This document shows positions 1 through 12,830 of a DNA stretch of 64,000 bases, piece after piece. The DNA is from Camelus ferus (Eukaryota). Position 1 is the first letter of the stretch, and each line of letters starts with the position of its first letter. The stretch is from the NCBI RefSeq assembly GCF_009834535.1, contig NC_045707.1, positions 64,420,001 to 64,484,000 of the forward strand. Reading direction: 5' to 3'. The notes under the pieces were generated by a model that made no database searches, was not told the origin of the DNA, and saw nothing but the letters and a program-made list of their open reading frames with translations. Position numbers and translations under genes: made by a program.

Positions 1-3000
1 AAGCAAGAATTGTGGAACAGCAGTGTGGCCAAGTGAAGATCAAAGGAAAGGAAATATTCTGACGGCTTCAGGCACTACAAACTCCCAGCAAGTCATTCTG
101 AACAGAATTAGGATTAAACAGTTTTAAGCATCTGAATGAATGTTTTCCAACTTGTGTGTTCCTGAGTCCTTCAGTTCTGAATGGGGAAAAAGTAATAAAA
201 ATACCTGGGAAATATTTCACCCTGTTATAAAGCAAGAAGAAATGATAGCTATTGGTTCATTAGAATCATTGAGCTGAAAAGGATGCCACTTAAACAAAAA
301 GAAACTATTCATATTTAATTGGGTGTTTTAGGAATCAGCTGGCTAAATTTGTGAAGATTGCCTTCTTAGTTTTAGAATATGCTTCCTGGAATAGCTACCT
401 TCAAAGTGGGTATAATCTTTATAAAATAGCCTTGGCATTAATTTTTCACGAATTAAAAAGCGTGCTGGGGATTAAAGCAGAATAATAGACGTAACATTAC
501 AGAAAAGTAGGACACTCATAAATCATTTATGCCTTTCTTGCTCATCAGGACTTGGCTTTTTGAATCTTAATTGAAAACTGATGTGGCTGTATTGTTGCAA
601 AAAAGAAAATTGGTGATTCTGATAGCAGACAACTTTCATTAGGGACTTAATTAATTTTAAGAGGCTGAGAGCCTGGTATATTAAACATACTTACACAGTC
701 ACGTTTAGTTGTGGGACTTTATGTAATTACAGTCCTCTTCTGGTCAGTGCACATTGTTTATCTTTTATTTTCATTCTGATCAATTCTAGTTAGATACAGC
801 GTAAGTTATTGTGAGCTATAATAGTATATGGAAGCAAAAAAATAGTGTTAGGCCTAAGTAGGGAATAGGGCAGTTGGCTGATAAGAAGACATGTTTTACA
901 GCAACTTTGACACTAAACCAGTCCTCACACCATCCTGTTTCCATCTTCCATGTTCAATTGCTCATCAGTCGCTATGAGACACCTGAACATTTTTTTAAGT
1001 CCCAAATGAGATGCTACTATAAAAGATAAATTGTTTCATCTTCTCCTTCTTTCTTTTTGAGAAAGTAAGCAATGGCTGGTATGCTTTTTTCATTCTGAAA
1101 TTATTTATATAATTTCTTTAGTTTTTACTGTTTGAATTCCCTAACCATCTTCGTTCCCTCCTTTAATACAAATAATTAGGTCTACTAGTTATCGGACACT
1201 TAACAATACCTGATATATTTGCGTCATGCCCCCACCTTCTGTCCAGACGTCATTCTGTTTAAAATTCTTCCTTAAAAGAGTATGACGGTCTGAGGATCAC
1301 TCCATTCTGGATTTAAGTTTACAGCCTGGTTTCAAAATCCAAATTTTATTCCTTAAGAACTAGACACAGAAGGCAATAGCCAGTGAGAGCCCCCTGTCTG
1401 TGTGCACAGTGATGTGTTTGGAGGAATTCTCACACCATGAAAGAGACTGATGGCCCTTCCGTAAGATCATAACTCCCCTAGGCAGAGGACCATAATTTGG
1501 GGTGGCAAGAATGGATACAACCCCAGACTAAACAGAGGTCTCTATGTGACCTGAATGAGTTCAGAGTAACCCAGAGCATAGCCCAGACTGAGATCAGTCC
1601 CAGTCATTCCACAGGGCCTTGGGAGATCTGCATGGATGCCATTGGAAATCAAACTCCGCAAGGCTGTTTGGAACAGAACTGCCAGCCCAGCCTTATGGTT
1701 TTATAGATTTCACAACCTGACCGATGACCTCTGAAAAAGCGTATCCTAGTTTCCATTTGCCAGGCAGTTTCTCAAGCTCAACTTTAAAGCCACCATATGA
1801 AAACATTTGGGAATTTCAAAATTAAATACTTATCAGTTCTAGGACTGGGAAGGACCGCACGTGAAATTAATTTTACAGAAACCCGTGGCAGGGAAATGGT
1901 TTAACCATAATGTTAACGAATAAATGTACTCAGAGGCTGTGCTGTGAGAGCCTTTAGTCTTTTTTTCCTGGCTGGCATCCTCTCACCATGTCAGTATCTC
2001 ACCTTTCATTTCCTGCTAGACCAAGGGGAGTTTTTTCCACGGAATTTTCTCATCACTGGTCGTTTGCAGTGGCCTTGCTCCATTCTAAATCCTGTTGCAT
2101 AGGGGTCTTTTATTTATTCAATAAATATTTATTGAGCATTTTCTAATGTGTCAACTGCTGCTTTCAATTCTGGAGATCCAAAATAAAAAATTCTCTTTTA
2201 TTCTAGTGGGGGAAGATAACATATTCATAATATGTATGCTGTTTCAAGCATTGACAAGTTCTAGAAAAAAATAAAACAGCAAGCAAATAGAGAGTTATAT
2301 GGAGACCTGGTCGGCATAAACTGGCCACGAAAGAGGCTTCAGTTTTCCATACTGTCTCACACACACACAGTACAAAGTAGAAACTCAATAAATATTCATT
2401 ACATGAAATATTCAGTAAGTGCTTGTTGACCAGGTTTTTTTTGTCTCTCGTGTGCCTTAACTTCCCTGACGAGTTTGCACTGTATATTCCTTATGAAAAA
2501 AAAAAAAAGCTGCTCCTAACATTTATTTTTAAACTTCTATAAAACTCTTCATAGAGCTAAGCTTAGAAGGAGAACAAAGTATTGCTGGTTGATAAACCCA
2601 GATTCAGTCCTGGGCTTCTCATAGATAAGTGTGAACGTAAGGGAGCTACATTCACACAATAAGGGTGGGTCATGGAGCACCCAGTAAAGGTGTATTTCAC
2701 ATTAATGCACAAGTTCCCAGAACATGTAACTAAATATCCATACATGAATTTGGATTTTCTAGGCACGCATATGATTTTGGAAATGAATAACAATCTTTTG
2801 ATTTATCCTCAACTGATAGGGAACTCTAAATTCTTTAGGTTTTAGTTGTCCTAACTTGGTTTGTCTCAAGTAATTAAAGTTATATAGGATCCCGCTAAAG
2901 AAAACATATCTTAAAGAAGTCCATTCATGTATGCTTGTTATTATGTTGAAAACTGAAAAAAATACTTTGCATAAAAATTGCGTACTTATGTATCTGTTTC

Positions 3001-3950
3001 CTAAGTTTAACTGTATTAATTCTGGATTGGATTTTCTAGAATTAGTGTTTGTCTGCCCCAAATGGCATGCTGCCTTGTGGAATTCCAGAGATGCTTTCAC
3101 AGAACTAGAAAGTTTCACTGTATCCTTTTCCCAAAAAGTGGCCTTGTGTCCTCTGTGTCTTTTTCCAGAAGACATCCTAGTGTCCACTATGTCTTTTTCT
3201 AGAAACTGTCCCACTGTGGATTTTATGAAAGGGAAGATCTGTGAAGCTATGAAAGGGAAGAGTCCGAACATAAACCACGAAGTTCAAAAAAGCAATGACT
3301 TGGATTGGACAGTAACAAAAGGTTTTCAGAATGAAGCAGAAAAAAAGAGAATGATTATTTCAGTAGCAGGAAAGGCAAAAAATAATGAGTTGAGATTAAC
3401 CAGAATGTTTCTTGAGCACTTGCTTTGTGGTTATCCCCATAACAGGTGGTTGAAGAAGGGCAGAATCTGTCCCTTTGCCACTAAAATGATAAATCATTCG
3501 GGAGAGAAGACTTGCATACAAATCCATGCTCGCCCAACGCCAGGGTCCTGGTGTAGTGAGTTTCAGATTCACGCTCAGTTGATAAAGTTGCTTCCTATTT
3601 CTCAGAAAAATATTAAGGTCATCACAAAGGAACTCACTGTACTTCCTGTCCTGTTGCTCAGACCTATAAATGTCCCTAGACCTGTCTGTCTCTTTTTTTT
3701 TCCCTTTCCCCAAGCCTCAGAGGAAAGATCACGCTCCTGTCCAAAGTAAACCCTGTAGCCTGGAACTCATGCCCTTCCACTTTTCAGGAATCTGTTCCAT
3801 CAGTTACAACCCACCCCCTAGAATCTTCAATCACCCCCTTCACTAACATTTTTCTCTCAGCATATGTTTATACATATGCTATACTATAAAACAAAATACA
3901 ACAATGATAATATTAACAATAAAAAATTTCTCCCTTGATTGACCCTATGT

Positions 3951-4129
3951 CAGTTGATGTCAGCCCTGAATACGTATTAAATCCTCTGGGATCTCTGAAA
4001 AATACACTGACACCCAGGGACCAATTCAGGTCAAGGGAAACACAGTCTTTGAGAAGTGCAGCCCAAGTATTGGTATTTTAAAACACTATTCTGCTGATTT
4101 TAACGCACAACCAGAGTTGAAAAACATTG
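3951..4129. mobile_element. MER5A-like hAT-Charlie MITE inside an L2 remnant
   Basis: Degenerate termini 'cagttgatgtcagccctg' and 'cagagttgaaaaacattg' resemble MER5 TIRs. Internal 'ggtattttaaaacact...tgattttaacgcacaacc' is MER5A-like. Confidence 0.6.
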
Positions 4130-4239
4130 GTCTACATGATCCTGTATCTCACTGTCTTCTCCCCTCAACATTCAATCTTCTGTAACTCTTTATTTCCATT
4201 AAATTTTGAAGAATTTATAAACATAACACCCATTAGAGA

Positions 4240-4960
4240 GTAAAGACATTCTTAGGTGATGGAATTGGAAGCAGTTGATGAAAACTAGACAACTGGTGCT
4301 TAAGCTATTGGTGCCATTTATTGAAATAAGAGATACTGGAAGAAAATCAGGTATGTAGGGAAAAAAATCAACAGGAAAGCTTTAGATGTGTTGATGCCTA
4401 TAAAGCATATATCTGGAAATATAGACAGTTACCAGTATTCAGTTGGCCACATAGAGCTAAGGCTCCTATCCATGCACAAAAATTAATCTAGGGAGTCATT
4501 AACATACAGTGGTAATTAGAGCTTAGGAGTGGATCACTTCACCCCAAAGAGAGAGCAGACAAGAGAATCTTTAGGCCACAGGGGTTTCATTTGATTGTTT
4601 ACAGATGTATTATCCAACATTAAAACCGTGCATATTCCACAGTTAGCTCAGGGCGACAGAGAAAGGTAAGTCACAAATAGCACTGAGGCTGTGACAGGGA
4701 GGCGGGAGGGGAACCAGGAGGGAGTGTTGTCATGGAAGCCAAAGCAAAGGAGCAAGTAAGTGACAAGAGGGTCAGTGCACACTTCTGTATTTCTTGGGTT
4801 CATGACCTGAAGATCATTGGTGACCTTCGAGAGAATTGAGAAGTGGGATGTAAAGAAATTAAGACGTGACTGTAGATGCCTGTCCAGAAGTCTAGAGTTA
4901 AAGAGAAGAGGTGTTGGCATCTATAGGAACATAGACTCCCTAAAGGGTCGATGGTGTCCC
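4240..4960 (-). mobile_element. L2 LINE remnant, highly diverged
   Basis: Purine-rich antisense L2 motifs 'ggtgccatttattgaaataag', 'gagtgttgtcatggaagccaaag', 'agatcattggtgaccttcgagag'. Confidence 0.65.
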
Positions 4961-4969
4961 TTTTAAGTT

Positions 4970-5422
4970 TGAAGAGGCTCAGATGTCCGGACTCAGGGCA
5001 GGCTGCCTCAGAATCGGCCAAAGTATCACATTGATAAATATGAATTAGAATTGCTTAAGAAGAACACTCTGACCCACCTCTTGTCCCCCTGGAAGTGGGA
5101 AATAAATCTCCTGTGTGACTCTCCAGGAGGGAGAGAGACATCCTTATCACCAGAGGTCCGGAAGGCTGTGTAAACAAACTCTGCTAGATTCTTCACTAAT
5201 TAGTACCCAAGCCTCTGTTTCTTTGTCTTGCCAGGTTCTCACAAATGTGTTGTTTGTCTTAAAGGTATAAAAGCTGCCTGCATTAGCCATTTCTGTGGGT
5301 CTCATGTTTCTACATACGAAACTAAAATGTGATCTTCTCCTAGTAATCTGTCTTGGGGCAATTCAATTACGAGACTAGCCAGAAGAACCTAGAAGGGTAG
5401 AAGAAATTTTTTCCTTCCAGCA
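4970..5422 (+). mobile_element. ERV1 solo LTR, MER34-like
   Basis: TG...CA termini and TATA 'ggtataaaagc' at ~5264. 3' end 'aacctagaagggtagaagaaattttttccttccagca' is typical of MER34-group LTRs. Flanks aagtt/atgtt are a possible TSD. Confidence 0.7.
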
Positions 5423-5647
5423 ATGTTCTAATACATGGCAGAAAGCATCCAGGAGAGAGGAAGAGATTAAAACTGGGTTGAGGGAAATGGGCTTGAGCAG
5501 TGGTTCCAAGAAGCCAGAGCTCTTGGGCAGAGATTTTGTTCGTCCATCAAAGAAAGGACATCATTTTGAGTAGAATCATTACAAAAGATGAAGAAGAGCC
5601 CGAAATGGATGATGAGACACCAGTGTGTGTGATGGTGGGACTCCAGA

Positions 5648-5916
5648 TTTTAGATTCCACATATGAGCGATATCACATGGCATTTTTCTTTCTCTTTCTG
5701 GCTTACTTCACATAGAATGATGAGCTCTAGGTCCATCCATGTTGCTGCAAATGGCATTCTTTTATTCTTTTTTATGGCTGAGTAGTATTCAATTGTATAG
5801 ATATATCCGGAGGGAATTCGAGAAGATACATGCACCCCAGTGTTCATAGCAGCGCTATATGCAATAGCCAAGACATGGAAGCAACCTAAATGTCCATCGA
5901 CAGGTGACTGGATAAA
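5648..5916 (-). mobile_element. Short L1 ORF2 C-terminal fragment with 5' inversion
   Basis: 5648-~5803 on the minus strand encodes IYTIEYYSAIKKN...ISLICGI*. ~5803-5916 on the plus strand encodes the preceding ORF2 segment [31 protein letters not shown]. Confidence 0.9.
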
Positions 5917-6299
5917 TGCCATTAACTTCTGACTCATATTGGTTTCTCTTCTTTTGCCCCTGGGGCAGACTTGTATCTGGCAGTCTTGTGGAGAAACAGT
6001 ATAATTGAGTTCCATTCTTGCTTTCTGGGTTTTGCATAGATTTTTTTTCCTGTCTCTCTGAGTTAAATCTTGTCACCCTAATTAGGCTTTTGTGTGTTCC
6101 CAAACTCCTGTCACAGGTTCGTAGACAATTTCACAAGTGGCCAATCATGTTCGTTGTGTATAGATTTCAAAAATTTCACCAGCTTGTCTTTGGAACACTT
6201 TCTTATTCTCCCACCACTGCCAAGATCCTCCTCCTCAATGTGTTAACAGAATATTTTATGCTTCCTGGCTTATTCTATGCAAGGTAAAATAATTACTAA

Positions 6300-7640
6300 A
6301 TAGTGTATATTCTGTTTTATAGTCTCAAAGCCAAGCATCTTGAGAGTCTCACCTCACTTTCTCAGTTTCCATTAATCCACACGGCGTAGCTCCACCTTCA
6401 CTACTTTAATGAAACAGTCTCATAAAGGTCTCCATCACCTGATGGACCAAGCCAATAATTGTTCGTTTCTGTATAACTGGAAATTTTGATACTGTTGACT
6501 TTTCTCTTCATGACACTCTCTCCTCCTGATTTTTTCCACCATTTCTCTGTCTGCCTATTCTTTCTCAGCCTTCCAATCACCCTTTAAATGCCTGGGTTCC
6601 CCACGAGTCTATCTCAGTCCTTTGCTTTTACTCTGTGTATCCTCTCTAGTCAGTATCATTCTCACTCAAGATACCAAATACCCATTTGCTAATGACTTTC
6701 TGAATGTACGTCTCCAGACCAGATTCCTCTCTGCAGCTCCAGAACTAACCACCATAAACGGTCATTTGGTCATTCAACCTCTTCATAGATAATCTCCAGT
6801 CAGGTGTTAGACAGATGACTTAAATTTAGTCATTCTAAAATGAAGTCCCACATACTTAACCGTATCTTCCTAATCTTATTCCCCATAAATACATGCACCC
6901 AGATGCCCAAAACATAACTGTAGAATGACACTAGATTTATTCCCTCTGTCTCTGTCTCTCTGTCTCTCTTTCTCTCCCTCTTCCCAACCCCAGCCCCACC
7001 TCACTTACTGAGTCAAAGCGAACACCAGCTCTGCATAATTCTAATCCATATATATACCCTTTGCCCTCCCAACTGCAATTATAATGATTAGGGACGTACA
7101 GTTTCCTTCCTTGTTTAGAGTCGTGGCCTTCAAAGTGGCATTCCTGACTCCAGGAATGATCGCCGTTATCTCTGAAGTGGTTATTCTTACAGGCAAATCT
7201 GTTCCTATTACTCAAAGTCCTCAGTAGTTCACTGTCAAATACTGCTCACCGTACTGTACGTAGCCCTTCCCCGTCTTGGCCTTGAAAACACGCCCAATTC
7301 CATTCTAACTCTCCCCTATGTTCTCTATACTCTTCTTTGAACTGAACTACTTACTTAGGAGACTTCGCCACGCTCACTCTCCCTGCCCTGGCGCATGTGC
7401 ATCTGTCTCTGTCACCCTGGAAAACACCCGTTCCTCCTTCACATCCCAGGAGGATGAGACGTCCCTCCTCAATGCTCCTGTTAGTTCTCTCCTACAGCCA
7501 TTACCATTGTCCCGAAACTGTTGGCAAGTCTGTCTCCCCACCATACATGTCACTAATTGGATATGAAGGCTCTATGTTTTAACCAGTATATTCCCAGAGC
7601 CTGGGCATTTATATGTCTGATGAGATTTGTGTCTCAGTGA
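6300..7640 (+). mobile_element. L2 LINE remnant (fragmented)
   Basis: Pyrimidine-rich L2 motifs 'gaaacagtctcataaaggtctccatcacct', 'tacgtctccagaccagattcctctctgcagctccag', 'tatattcccagagcctgggc'. Confidence 0.65.
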
Positions 7641-8039
7641 GCCCCTGCATGAGAATGAGTTCGAAGAATTGAGTCCTGAAAATAGTAATTTTTTTTGTTA
7701 GCATATTCTTCCTAAGTTGTTTTAACATAGGTGACTGAAGAGATAAAGGAGAAAAAAAAATAATTGGGGAGTAAAAAGTGCTTTGGGCTGTGGCTGAAAA
7801 TTTTCCTCTATTTACAAAAATGCACAGATTTCATTCTGTGAACAAGCAACTTCAGAAGATTAACTGCCTGTGATAGTTTCAATTGTATCAAACGATCCCA
7901 GTTTGAATAGGACATGGGGGGGGAGGGTCTTAAAAGAACTGTTATATGAAGGTTTTCCTTTGCAGTGCTTTGTCTTTGTTTCCATGAAATTTGGCCTGAA
8001 GCCCTTAAAAAAAAAAACAGCCTATATCCACACAGTACT

Positions 8040-8230
8040 TAACACTTGCCAAACCCATCTTCACACCCTGATTTCATTCCATATTCAAAGTCTCTCCTTG
8101 AAGTAGTCACACAGGAATGATCATCTTTTTATATGGAGCATAAGCTCTCAGAGGCTACGGGGCTTGCCTAAGGCTGATAGCTGGAATGCACTGGAGCTGG
8201 ACTTTTGGATGCCAAACGCACATTCCTTCT
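8040..8230 (-). mobile_element. MIR SINE remnant
   Basis: 'ttttatatggagcataagctctcagagg...cttgcctaaggctgatagc' is the antisense MIR core. Confidence 0.55.
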
Positions 8231-8689
8231 CTCCATCCTCGCTGCCTTCTTGGTGGTTTCTGTCTGCAGGGCTGTTAGTCACTCCCCAGCACAGCTCACA
8301 TTCCTGCATTGTTTCTCATGGCCCCAAGGTTACTGGTCACTGTCAAGACCATGGAAGTTATAGGAGTTCCCCTCATTTCGCAAGTGCTTTTCCTCAACCC
8401 TCTCCCAGCCGCCCCGGTTCAGGCTGGAGCTGCCAGCTCTGGTTAGCGACACCAGCAAACCCTTTCAGTGACCTTACATAATGATTATTGCCCTTGGATT
8501 GGTGTCTAAACTTCTAGTCTTGCATTTGATGGTTTTATGGTTCCATCTTCCTGGATGTAAAACAACCATCACAACAATTTTTTCTTTAAATGATAAACTG
8601 AAATTCTTTAATTCTGCAGAGAGCTAGAATATTTATTGTACCATTCATGGAAGAATTTCTTAGCCCACATTTCTCTACACAAGGCTAAA

Positions 8690-8856
8690 TTCAGCAGTGG
8701 GTGTGTTTTGTTTGGATTTCACAGTGCTTTAAAAAGCAGTTCAAATTTGGGAGATTTTAGGCAGAATATGTACTCTCCAGTTTTCCCTAGACCCCATCCT
8801 AGAGTCACTTATTTTACATTTCTGGCCTCAGAAGAAGTCTGAGTTTGCAACTCCTG
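8690..8856. mobile_element. hAT-Charlie MITE fragment (MER102/MER103-like)
   Basis: Ends in 'tgagtttgcaactcctg', the MER102/103-type terminal motif. Confidence 0.5.
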
Positions 8857-8899
8857 TTTGCGTTAATATACCAAGTTAACATACAGCTTATATTTATCT

Positions 8900-9270
8900 A
8901 ACGCCATGCATATACCAAGCACTGTTTTCAACATCTTAACAACTATTAGCTCATTTAATTCTCTTAACAAGTAGATAACTCTCAGTAGTAGGTACTACCT
9001 CATCAATCTCCTTTTAATTTTTTTTTTGAGGTAATTAGGTTTATTTATTTGTTTAGAGCAGGTCCTGGGGATTGAACCCAGGACCTCATGCATGCTAAGC
9101 ATGCACTCTCACACTTGAGCTGTACCCTCCCCACCATCCTCCTTTTACAGATAAGAAATAGAAGCACAAAGGGTAAAGTAAGTTGCCAGGCCACGTAGTT
9201 ATTTAGTGGCTGAGCTGAAACCCAGACCAGGCAGTCTGGATCCAGAGTGAGGCTCTACACTCCAGTGCCC
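8900..9270 (-). mobile_element. MIR SINE interrupted by a camelid SINE
   Basis: 'ctcatttaattctcttaacaa...' resumes after the insertion as 'ttttacagataagaaatagaagcacaaagggtaaagtaagttgcc'. Confidence 0.8.
9017..9133 (-). mobile_element. tRNA-derived camelid SINE (Vic-1 type)
   Basis: Reverse complement reads ggggagggtacagctcaagtgtgagagtgcatgcttagcatgcatgaggtcctgggttcaatcccc (Pol III A/B boxes), followed by an A-rich tail. TSD-like 'ctcctttta' at 9008-9016 and 9139-9147. Confidence 0.9.
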
Positions 9271-10169
9271 ATACAGAGTGTCAGCTTCCGTGTGATTCAT
9301 AAACGGAGACAGAAAGCAAATCACTGGTCAGCAGTTCTTCTCCAAGAAGCGTGAGCTGGGGAGCCTTTGTATAAATGAACTGAGAGTGCCTCGTCTGCAT
9401 CTGCAGCAGTGAGCATGCGCCTCGGCGGACACGGAAGACTTGGGGTCTGATGAAGATGTGTCTATGACTTTAGTCAAAAAGAGCGAAAGGGCACATGGCA
9501 TAGAGTGGACCCATGAAGTCTGAATGTGCTGCTCTGATTTTGTATAAATGTGCATTACTAGATTACGTTGGGGGAAGCAGCTGGCTTTGCCCTGCATTTT
9601 CCTTCTTAGCAGTTCCACCCATTTCTCTGCGAGTCCTTGGTACCACTCAGTGCCAGACAGTGTTTGAGTGTGATTCCCAAGGAAGCCTTACCAGTCAAGC
9701 TGGGGAATTGTATGTAATCGTGGCAAGGGACAGGGAAACGGTGTATGGCTTGAAATAACGATCACTTCTCACCTGTATGCAGGTTTAGAATGGAAGAGAG
9801 GGGAAACGATTCAGATGTCTCTAAGTTTTAAGATTTGAGAGAAAACTACTCCAACTCTGATCGTGATGATGGTGACATTTTAGCTGCTGGAATTTCAGAG
9901 GCTTGTAGTTGACTCAATCGGATAGATACAGAGGATACAGAAATAGAGATTTACAGATGTACCTCTTTCTGAAACACAGAAAGTGCAGGGTAGAGACCCT
10001 CCTAAACTTGGACTTCCACGCTCCTTCTCTTTCCCACTTGTTGGTCTATTTTAAGTTTTTTCATAAGCTTATGTGACCAATATTTTTCATTTTTGGTTAG
10101 GGCATTGCTGGCTGACTTGACTTGGGTCCTCTAGCGAGCCTGGGACCCCAGAACTGTCATGCCGAGGCA

Positions 10170-10600
10170 AAAATACTGAAACCAGAGATAGGATGGAGAG
10201 CTTCCTACTTTTCATCTTCTTAGCTGTGTGACCTCGTGCACATTTGTAAACAGAAGATGCAGTGGCTAGGTGCTGGCTTCTGCAGTTGGATTGCTGAGGT
10301 CTGAATCCTGTTTCTCTACTACCAACCATGTGGTGTGAGTAGCTTATTTAATCATTGGATGTTTCAGCCATGAGGCCGAGAATTATAGGAGACCCTTCTT
10401 CATAAGGTGGATGTGAGCATTGAGTGAGTTAATATACGAAAAGTCCTTCGCACGGTGGTTGCAGGTAGTAAGCAGAAGTAATTGTTACTATCATTATTAA
10501 TAATCATTTTTGTGTTTCTGTTCCTCCTTTATAAAATGGAAGTTATAACACGTCCTCAGAAGGTGTGAAGGCACTGGGCTGTGGAACGGTCATCATAATT
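10170..10600 (+). mobile_element. Nested or adjacent MIR remnants
   Basis: 'tctgaatcctgtttctctactacc', 'gtgagcattgagtgagttaatatacgaaaagtcctt' and 'ctttataaaatggaagttataa' are MIR motifs. Confidence 0.65.
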
Positions 10601-10789
10601 ATTATCAGGTACATCGAGTAGAGGTTTGCTAAGGTAATATCCCTTGAGGACGGAACTTCTTTGAAAAGCCCTGAGATCCTACCGATAAATCATAAAGCAT
10701 GTACTCCCAGCCCAGCATCTGACAACAGCTCCTTGCCTGCCTCTCTCATCTTGTAAAACATAATATCAGAAAATTGAAGCATATGAGGT

Positions 10790-10955
10790 GGAAGGAAATT
10801 TAAAGCCCTAACTTCAATATGGGCTTTGTATGAACAAGGGCACAGAAGCCCAGAAAGATAAGGTAGTTTGCAGTGTCACATGGCTAGTTTGTTACAAAGC
10901 TGATTCCTGAATTCAATTACTTGGACTCAGTCTAGTATCTCTTCCACTATACCCT
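10790..10955 (-). mobile_element. MIR remnant
   Basis: 'cagaagcccagaaagataaggtagtttgcagtgtcacatggctagtt...cttccactatacc'. Confidence 0.6.
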
Positions 10956-11789
10956 GCTAATGCTGTCTCTTCTAAGTTCTCCCAATCTGTTTGGTGCCTC
11001 CTCTGGGGCTGAATTAAATTCCATGAAGGGGCTTAGCTTAACATCAGTACAGAATCAGCCTCTCCTGAGTAGGTGCCCAGTTTCTCCCTGATGAGTGCTG
11101 AGTATTTCTGATAATGATCAGCGTATAAAAAGAAACAACACAGTATTAACCAGGAAAACAATATGCTAGCGATGTGATGTTATGGTCACAGTTAATTGTG
11201 CTATTTTTAAATATACTTTTAATTCCAGATTTCTCTTAGGTATTTTTTCTTTCTGTAATTGATAATGTCTTGTTTGTTTTTTTATGTCCTTCACATTATC
11301 ACATAAAGCATACTGAGTTCACATTGGTTAACTTAATATTTGTTGAAAGAATAATTTGAATCATTGATTTGTCTTAAGTTTGGCAACTCATCTTGACACC
11401 TGATTCAATTTTTCAACCCCTTACATTTTTCTGAGTCTCGTATTCACCAGGTTGTTTGGATATTGATTTGAAAAACTTTTAAAGTATCCACACCTTCTTC
11501 GGCCCCCTTCCCCTTCACAGCCACATGCTCATACACTGTATGCCTTCCTTCTAGAGCATTCTGTCCTTCTTCAGAGGATTTAGAACAGCAGTTAACTTTT
11601 AAATCTAAACGTCAGTAGTATTCCCACAGCAATGATACTAAATGCTGATGATCAGACAAAAAATATTAGAAAAAATAATGACTAGAAATTGAAAAATAGA
11701 ATTTTTAGGAAGAAAATGTGAATGCATACCAATATTTAATTCTCTCAAGTGACTTCTTTTTTCTTCTCTATTCTGCCTGTAATAATAAA

Positions 11790-11895
11790 CTAGTAGTTTC
11801 ATCAATTCTAAGACATACTTTTTTTTTTTTACATCTCAACATCTCTAACATTAAGATGCACCTCCAGTTTGATGGCATCTTGCATTTATAATGGG
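11790..11895. mobile_element. Ancient Tigger-like MITE fragment
   Basis: 'tttcatcaattctaagacatac...aacatctctaacattaagatgcacctccagtttgatggcatcttg' resembles short TcMar-Tigger elements. Confidence 0.45.
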
Positions 11896-11999
11896 CCCCT
11901 TTTCTATCAGAACAACACAGAACACAGTAGGTTGTTCTGTAATGAGGATGTTCCCAGTGTGATAAACGACAACAGTAGCAAGATGGGTCGCAATTGTGT

Positions 12000-12212
12000 C
12001 CCTGTCATCTTATGAGTGCTTGATACATATTAACATCTTCAGTCCTCACAAATACCTCTACAAAGTGGATTCTCTGATCCCTCCTCTCTTCAGATTAGAG
12101 AAACAAGGGCAGATATACAGCTAAATAGATAAGGTCCCACATCTCATCAGTCACAGAGCTGGGACGTGAGCCCGGACTCCTTCCCAAGGCTGTACTCTTA
12201 ACCTACCAACTA
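12000..12212 (-). mobile_element. MIR remnant
   Basis: 'cttcagtcctcacaaatacctctacaaagtgg...ttcagattagagaaacaagg...aaggtcccacatct'. Confidence 0.65.
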
Positions 12213-12399
12213 CATTTTCCAGTTTTTTTCCACGTGAGACTTCGGGTGCTCTTCTGGTTTGAAACTCCTGGTTTGTCTTTTGCAATACTTCCCCATTTTC
12301 CATAAAATCATATTCATTTTCATTCCTACTGTTATTTGAAATTAATTAATCTGTGTGTGTGTGTCTGGGTGTTTTACCAGAGGGTCATTATTAGAGTCA

Positions 12400-12830
12400 G
12401 GATAAATGTGGTTGTTAAAAGAACTCCTGGACCAGAAACTACCCGGGTTCAAATACTGGCCTGGCCACTTACCAGCCCTCTTTCTTTGGGCAAATTACCT
12501 AACCTCAGTCTCCTTGTTTAAAAAATAAGTATTTAGTGGGGAGGGTATAGCTCAGCAATAGAGCACATGCTTAGCAAGCGTGAGGTCCTGGGTTCAATCC
12601 CCAGTACCTCCATTAAAAAGATAAATAAACAAATAAACCTAATTACCTCCCCCCCAAAAAATTTAAAAAGTAATTAAAAAATAAACTGTAATAAAAAATA
12701 AGTATTTAATACTTTTAGAAATTCTACTTGATAAGGTTATTTTGAGTATTAAGTCAAATAGCTTATGTATAAAGTATTTAGAATAATGCCTGAATATAAT
12801 GAATGCCCAGAAGATGTTAGCTATCCTTTA
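12400..12830 (+). mobile_element. MIR SINE interrupted by a camelid SINE
   Basis: 'ccgggttcaaatactggcctggccacttacc...ttgggcaaattacctaacctc' resumes as 'aaagtatttagaataatgcctg' after the insertion. Confidence 0.8.
12536..12691 (+). mobile_element. tRNA-derived camelid SINE (Vic-1 type) with 17-bp TSD
   Basis: ggggagggtatagctcag...ggtcctgggttcaatccccagtacctcc plus an A-rich tail. Perfect TSD taaaaaataagtattta at 12519-12535 and 12692-12708. Confidence 0.95.

Noticed and set aside
1..130. Possible terminal coding exon at the window start
   Set aside because: All three plus-strand frames give short peptides I do not recognise, and the upstream context is missing.
12536..12612. tRNA gene (A and B boxes, tRNA-like fold), and likewise the other three copies
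   Set aside because: Followed by a SINE body, A-rich tail and TSD. These are tRNA-derived SINE heads.
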